Below are positions 57,170-64,000 of a stretch of DNA of 64,000 nucleotides, one piece after another (positions within the stretch are counted from its first letter, which is position 1; every line of letters starts with the position of its first letter). Under the pieces are notes generated by a model that saw only the letters and a list, made by a program, of their open reading frames with translations, made no database searches and was not told the DNA's origin. The DNA comes from Fonticula alba ATCC 38817 (taxonomy: Eukaryota > Protista > Nucleariida), in assembly GCA_000388065.2 (NCBI GenBank), contig KB932201.1. One strand, written 5' to 3'. Made by a program: the position numbers and the translations under genes.

Positions 57170-59985
57170 GGTCTACAAGCACCGGAAGGGGGGGGGGGGT
57201 GGAGGAGGAAAGGAGAGGAGGAAGACAGAGGGAGAGAGTAGGCAGGTGTTAGGGGGGGGAGGGGGAGGGGGATGGAGGGGAGGGATGGGTTGGGGGATGG
57301 GAGGCGACGAGCATGAAAGGTGGCGGGGCGGGAGGGAACCGCGGGAAATGGAGAACAGACGCAGCGCGGATGGGGCGGGTGTGGTGACGCACAGGAAGGG
57401 AAGAAACAAAAAGCGGAGTGGCGGGGGAAGGGAGGGGAGGGGGGGGAGAGAGGGAGGAAGGAGATCGACGTGTCACACAGCAGCGAAGGGAGAGGAGGAC
57501 AGTCGAGAGGAGGGATGGAAGTCTGGAGGCCGCCGCGCCGGGGCACTGGGGCCTCAGATCAATCTGAGCCTGGTAGACAGGGGCGCGGTCGGACCCGCCG
57601 ACTCGCACATGCACGCATGCGCACGCGCACAGACTCACACACACACACACACACACACACGCGCACACACGCCGACACCCACTGGAGGCCCCTCGTTGGC
57701 GGCAACCAGCATCCGTACTTGTGCGCCCCTCCCTCGGATATGCGCTTTCGCATGTGTGCGTGTCCATGTGCGCGCCACCTATGGGGCGCGCGCCCACTCG
57801 GCGGAGCTGTAGAGTCTACACAGTCACCACCGTTTTCCCCTCCGGCCCTGTTGCCCACTTTGTCGCGAGGGTTTTTCCCCGCCCGGCGGGCAAGCACACA
57901 GACAAACACATAGACGCGGAGACCAGCGTGGAGACTGCCCCCCCCCCCCCACCTCGGCAGGGAGCGCGGTCCACATCGGCCGCCACCCGGGCTGGCCAAG
58001 CGCCCTCACATGTATGACTGGTTTCGGGGCGGGCGGCGGACGGGAACCCGCGCGGGTGGCGGGCGGACCGCAACTTCTTTGCTGGGTCGAGGGACGATCC
58101 CCACCAGCCAAACTCGCCCCAACGTAGCCCGCACGCGGACGCGCTGGCGAAAAGGGCGGAATTTTGCCCCAGCCTCGCATCACCGCGTCTCCGGACTCTT
58201 CCTGGGAGCCCGCTCTTGGCTGGGCTTGTGTGCCCCCCCCCCCCCCCCACCCCTCGCCCCGCCCATGATGGTATGCTCCTGGCAGCAATCCCAAGCCTGG
58301 GCGAGAGAAAGAACGCACAAGAGGAAGGGGGGCGGGAGAGGCCGGGCACCAAAGGAACACCGCAACTACCAACCCTGGCATCGGACGCAGCCTGGGGCGG
58401 TGTGGCATACTCGAGAAGAAGGGACGACACCGAGCGCCGGGATGCGGACCAGCATTGAAGCTTTTTTTGCCCACCCAGGCGCAAGCGGGGGTAGGGATCG
58501 TTTTTCATGGAGCCGGCCATGAGGCCGGTTTGTGGACATGTGAGTGGCACGTGTGTGTGATCCTCTCATGATTCGCGTTCTTGTATTTCGGATTTTCGAT
58601 GGCTGTCGTCCGGGTCTCTGTGACCGGACGTCCGCGCCCCTGGATGGATCCTCTGCCGCCAGGCGGGCAGGGGGATGCGTCCATGTCCCGCCGCTGGCCC
58701 TCTCTTCTCTCGGGGGGNNNNNNNNNNNNNNNNNNNNNNNNNNNNNNNNNNNNNNNNNNNNNNNNNNNNNNNNNNNNNNNNNNNNNNNNNNNNNNNNNNN
58801 NNNNNNNNNNNNNNNNNNNNNNNNNNNNNNNNNNNNNNNNNNNNNNNNNNNNNNNNNNNNNNNNNNNNNNNNNNNNNNNNNNNNNNNNNNNNNNNNNNNN
58901 NGGGGGGGGCACATTCAGTTGAAAGAGCCATGGAGAGCTCGGCTAATATCTGCCGCGTCGCCCTTCTTGTTTGCCGAGGCAGGCTTGGTGGGCCCGCCCC
59001 CGGGTGCTGCTGCCGCTGCTAACCTGGCCCACTCCTCTCGTTATGCCCCGAGCTCCTCCCTCTCAAGCACACATAGATACACACATATACATGCATACAT
59101 ACTGTCATCGAAGACAGCAGAGACAGAGACACAGAGAGAAAGAGAAGGTGGAAAAAGACCGAAGTGAAACACAGGCACACATGGCTCACCCTCTTCCCGA
59201 TGCTTGCGGCTTGGTGTATATTCTTCAATGAGGGGGGGGAGGAGGGACGTGTCGCGGGGCCGGCCGCCACGCCAGCTCGGCGCGCACTGAGGAAATCAAA
59301 CAAGTGAAGAAGCTCACGCGAAGAGGCAGAGGAAGGGAGGAGTATATCAGGGAAGAGAGGGAGACGGCAGGAGCCTACTTTACAGGGAGCTGCTCTCTGG
59401 GAGGGGGAGGATCTATGAGCCGGTCACGGAACACAGAGAGTGCAGCAACAACAGGGGGGGAGGGGCCACACTACTGGCATGCGCACTGTGCGCCAATCCC
59501 ACGGACGCACTGCTTCTCGCCCGGGCCCCAGTTTACACCCCTCGCCCACCATGGGGGACCCCCAAGGTGGAGAGAAGGGCAAGGTACTGGGTATGTGGGG
59601 AAAAAAGGAGGCGCAAGTGTGCAGGACACGACGGGCGGGGCGCAGGCCGAATAAGGATGTGAAGTGCGTGCATGGGCGCGCAAGGGAAGGGGGGGGGGAG
59701 GGGAAAGAGATCTGAGGGCCACCACAGGTGCACACACAGTTCCGTCCCTTCTGGAGGAAGGAGAGAGAGGGCGGGCGTACACGCATGCATGCATGCGCGA
59801 AACATGTGCACCAGAGGGAGGTAACACAGGGGGGAGGGAAGGGAGGAGAGAGAGGGAGAGAGAGAGAGACGAAGAGGAAAAGCACAAGGGGAATGTCACA
59901 GGAAGAAAGAGAGAGGGAGAGAAGGGGAGGAGGAAGGGGGCAGGGAGAAGCATCTTCCTCGCTGTCCGCCAAATGTCACTTTTCC

Positions 59986-61972
59986 TTAGTTGACGGCCTT
60001 GCCGGCCGGCTTCTTGCGGGAGTCGATCTTGGCCAGGTGCTTGTGAACACGGGCCAGAGCCTCGAGGGCATCATCGGCCAGGCCATCGCCGCCGGTCAGG
60101 GCCCAGAAGCCGTCGCGGGAGCGGTCGTGGATCGGGCGCAGGGCCTTCCAGATGGCACTGTTGCACTTCATGCCGGAGCCGAAGGCAATCTGCCAGATGC
60201 GATCGCCCTTCTTGATGCGGGCGGAATACTCGATGAAGGAGAGCTCATACCAGATGGACGAGGAGGAGGTGTTACCCACGCGATTGAGGGTGGCGCGAGA
60301 GGGCAGCACATCATCCGGGGTGAGCTGGAGGTTCTGCTCGAGGCCATCGATGACAGCGCGGCCGCCGGCGTGGATGCAGAAGTGCTGGACGGCCTTGCGG
60401 AAGTCCGGCGTGTAGCGGGGAATGTTCTTGAAGCCCAGGTACTTGGTCTGCAGCGGGCATCGCGTGCGCGTGTGTGCAGGGTTGCAGGGGCGGGGGGGGG
60501 GAGCAGGAGGGAGGGAAGAATGTGAGACTAATGCCCACGCCTGGCGCAATCGGTGCCCGGAGGAGGAACACCCCAGACACAACCCGAGAGGCAAGGGGCG
60601 ACGACCACCGAGAGAGAGAGAGAGAGAGCGAGAGAGAGCAAGGCGAGGAAACATACCTGAACCAGGTTGATGAAGAACTTCAGCTGCTCGGAGATCGGCA
60701 GAATCAGCGGACCCAGAGTGGTCAGGTTGGAGCGCAGGGTCTTGGACACGACGTTGATCAGGTCCTTGCTGAGGCGGACACCGATCAGGTTGTCCGGGTC
60801 CTCAATCTGGTAAACAGCCTCGAGAGACTCATCGCTGGCACCATGGTGCACACGCACGGTGTGCAGCAGCTCATACTTGGCGCGGCTGGCATACTGGGGC
60901 TTGTTGGTGAGCAGCACCGCGGCGCAGCCCATGCGGAAGAGGCAGTTCGACAGCAGGAGGTTGCGCTGGTTACCGTGGTACCAGTTCTGGGTGATGTTCT
61001 CGGTGGAGATGACCAGGCAGTTGGAAGCGCCATGCACCTGGAGCAGGTCCTTGGCGAGATCCAGGGAAATGACACCGGCCGAGCAGCCCATGCCCGAGAG
61101 GTTGTAGTTGCGGATGTTGTCACGCATCTTGTAGCGGTTGATGATCATGGCCGACAGGGAGGGGGTCGGGTTGAAGAGCGAGCAGTTGACCACAATCAGG
61201 TCGATCTTGGACGGATCGACACCGGTCTTCTGGAAGAGCTCATCGCAGCACTTGCCAGCCACATAGAGGAACTCATCGCGAGCCGACTGCATGGACAGGT
61301 CCATCGGCGAGATGACAATACCAGGGGGGAAGTAAGTGTGGTCGCCGAGGCCGGACCGGCGGAGGATCTTCTCCTGGAAGTCCAGGGCCTGGTCGGTGAA
61401 GAAGCCGGAGTCGCGAGAGCGCTGCATGAAGAAGTCACGATCGATCATGTACTCCAGGTCCGGGTCGAGAACAACGAAGTCCAGCAGATAGACCGAGGTC
61501 TGCTTGAGGAAGCGGCGCGCGCCCCAGGCAAGGAAGACGGACATGGCGATGATCACGATCCACAGGTCGGTCTCCAGGCCGTGCAGGACGGCATAGAGTT
61601 GCTGCGGGAAGGAGGGGAGGGGGAGGGGGGGGGAGGAAAGGGGGGAGAAGGGGTGAGCGGTCGAATGTCGCAGAAGGGGACAGGGAGTAAAAGGTGGAGC
61701 AGCAACAGAGCGAGAGAGAGAGAGAGAGGAAGAGAGAGAGTGCATACCTCATAGCGCTGGCTGAGGTTGCTGGCCAGCTCATTGGCCGAGATGAGCATCA
61801 TGGAGGACTTGGCGTAGATGAAGGCGATAGCGGCGAAGAAGATGCCGAGAGAGAGCCAGTTGATGACACCGAACCAGCTGCGATAGCCAGTTCCAACTTC
61901 CTGGAGGTTGACGGGGATCTTGTCGAGGTTACCGTACTTGCGCAGGTCCTGGGGCTTGTAGTCATCGATGAG
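59986..61972 (-). CDS. KCS: 3-ketoacyl-CoA synthase, FAE1/CUT1 (KCS)-type very-long-chain fatty acid condensing enzyme; first exon unresolved (exons 61972-61748, 61601-60657, 60447-59986)
   Basis: Motifs: [69 protein letters not shown] (catalytic Cys), [33 protein letters not shown] (His), [12 protein letters not shown] (Asn) and [16 protein letters not shown]. Two N-terminal TM helices. Phase-0 GT-AG introns. An acceptor at 61973 implies an upstream exon, possibly ending at 62127. Confidence 0.93.
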
Positions 61973-64000
61973 CTATATCGCGCCAACAGAGGGGGGGGAG
62001 AGGGCAAGGAGAAGGGCAGAGTCATCAGAAGGGAGGAAGGGTTAGCAACAAGGGCAAGACAGGCAGGACGGGGGGGTGGGGGGGGGTAGGTAGAGGGGGG
62101 GGTAAGGTAAGGGAGGGGAGGAATACATTCTGGACAAACCAGAGGCGATTCAGGCGAGGGGGGGGTGAAGGAAAGCCTGCCGGCCCGGCAGGGGGCTGCA
62201 ACACGGGGCCACAAAAGAGGGCACCCGGTGGGAAACAATACTGGTGACGAGACACGGGGAGAGGCCCCCGCCGAGAGTGGAAAGCCGACATAAGGATTCG
62301 AGGACAGCCCCCCCCCCCCCACTCCCCCATCAGGGATAAAAAGGGACGACGCGACAGGGCCGGCGACCACAGTGGCCAAGGTAGCCTGGCTGGGGGATTT
62401 TCCATCCATGTGTCATATCTGTGCCGATGCCCGCGCGGGTACACGACCCTGCCCGTTTCACACGCCTTGGATTCGCCCCCCGCCCCCCCCTCCCCCCCCA
62501 TCTACTGGCCAATTGATTGTGGCCAACAAATGGCAGGCGGATGGGAGGGGGGGGGGGGGGGGCGCAGCCCGTCCCACCCCTTGCGGATATCCACAAATGA
62601 TGGATGTTGGCCGGTCCGGTGTCACGTGCTCGATCGAGGACGAGGTTGTGTCCTGGATGTGACACTTTGCGCCCCAGCTGCGCGCGGGAGAGGGGGGTGC
62701 CCTGCGCTCGCGCACACACACACACACACGCACACACGGATCGGGGTCCCAGGATGGGGAGCGGGAGCGCGCCAAAACGCACACCACCCTGCTCCCTCCC
62801 CTGCCCCTGCCCCGCTCCTATTAAAGGCCGCATGCCCTTTGTTCCGACCCACGCACACCAGAGAGCAGGGCCCCGCATGCATCGTTAAGTGAAAGACGCA
62901 TCGGCCTTTGCCCCCCCCCCCCCCCCCCCCCCCTCGCTCACTCTGCTCCTCGCGATACAAGGACACGTACAGGGAGAGAGAGGGGGGGCCAGGGGAGACC
63001 CCCAGACCGGGGCAGTGCCCAATGTCAACCTCGCGCAAGCGGGGCGGGGCAGACACAGGGGAGAGGGGGGGGGGCACACAAAAGTGCTTAGCCATGCTCT
63101 GGAGGCATCTCGAATAGCCGAGGAGAGAGTGGCGGGTAAAACCGGAAGAAGGCTGCATGTGAGAGCAATTACCCCTCCTCATGCTTTCTGCTGACATATC
63201 GCCGCGAAGCGAAACGAGCTGTAAAGGAAGAGGAGAGAGGCAGGGGAGGGGAGCCCTGTCCCTTGTGGACCCTGTCGGGTGTGTGGAAAAGAAGAGACCG
63301 GCACACGTCTTGGACCAGAGAATGCTCCCTCCAGGAATGCATGCCGCCACCTCCCCGTGTGGCCGGCCAGGCCAGGGGGGGGGGGGGGGGGGGGGGGGCA
63401 GCGGACCGGATGTCATCGGACTCGGGCCACCCCCCGTCCCGGCCAGGGGGGAGGGGGGGTGGGGTGGCAAAGCATGCACGGCCAACACAGAGCGTCGGGG
63501 CCCGCTCCTCCACTCTTGCCCTGCTTCTCCCCGCCCCCGGGGGCCCTGGCGCAGACACACAGGCACACATCGGCCAATCCCCCCCGCCGACCCACCTCTC
63601 ACCAAAAATAGATGGATGTGGAGAGAGGGGGCCAGGCAAGGTTGTGCCAGGGAAGGGGGGGGGGGGGAGGGGGCCAAGTGCCCTGACTTGGACTATTATC
63701 CCGCGCTGGCACATCCCCCCCCCCCCCGCTCATGGGGACATCCCGTGGGTGGACGGGTGGGCAAGGGGCCCGGGGAACGAGGATAGCCCCCTTTGCCCGG
63801 GAGAAGAGGGAGGAGCCTGGCGAAGGGCACGCAAGCCCCCCCCGCGCCCTTCCCTCGACAGGGAGGCCTCCCCGATGGAGATCCTGTTGCGAAGCGAGTG
63901 CCTGCCACCCAGCCACATTCCGCCACAACACGACCGCTCTTCTGAGTAGCGCGCAGTTACGCAGAGTGGGGGAGCGGGGGACAACGGAGGGAGATTCACA

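Noticed and set aside
57170-59985. Short ORFs between ABCF2 and KCS
   Set aside because: Microsatellite- and purine-tract-rich DNA with a gap (58718-58901). No motifs, codon bias or consistent splice chain; likely the ABCF2 promoter and KCS 3' UTR.
7764-61972. A lipid-metabolism gene cluster (DOLPP1, VPS13, KCS)
   Set aside because: The genes are interspersed with unrelated ones (SPR, LRR, GT49, ABCF2), act in different pathways and show no shared regulatory signal; ordinary eukaryotic gene order.
62400-64000. Short ORFs and a TATA-like TATTAAA near 62820
   Set aside because: No recognisable protein motifs. It probably contains the KCS promoter or first exon, but this cannot be fixed from sequence alone.
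1-64000. tRNA/rRNA genes, CRISPR arrays, transposons, viral insertions
   Set aside because: No cloverleaf or rRNA signatures, regularly spaced repeats, terminal inverted repeats, or transposase, RT or capsid motifs were seen.

Overview
A very GC-rich, intron-containing eukaryotic genomic window from a draft Illumina assembly: 8 N-gaps (most flanked by poly-G/C) and one embedded TruSeq adapter fragment. No prokaryotic features, tRNA/rRNA, CRISPR arrays or transposases were seen. Splicing the six-frame ORFs by hand (GT-AG introns; donors GTGCGT/GTACGC/GTATGT; CTAAC/CTGAC branch points) gives about 10 genes. In order: the 3' end of an unknown single-pass membrane protein; an MMADHC/CblD cobalamin-trafficking homologue; a USP53/54-like deubiquitinase; DOLPP1; sepiapterin reductase; a giant 21-exon VPS13 (about 8,500 aa, 11.3-41.7 kb, minus strand); an RI-like LRR protein with one repeat per exon and SAM-like C-terminal segments; a GT49/LARGE-like type II glycosyltransferase; ABCF2; and a plant/amoebozoan-type 3-ketoacyl-CoA synthase (FAE1/CUT1-like). 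Gene content and style suggest a unicellular opisthokont such as Fonticula, but this is inference only. The most unusual items are the very large VPS13 with a predicted N-terminal membrane anchor, the cassette-exon LRR gene and the KCS. All family calls come from motif recognition by eye; no database searches were run.
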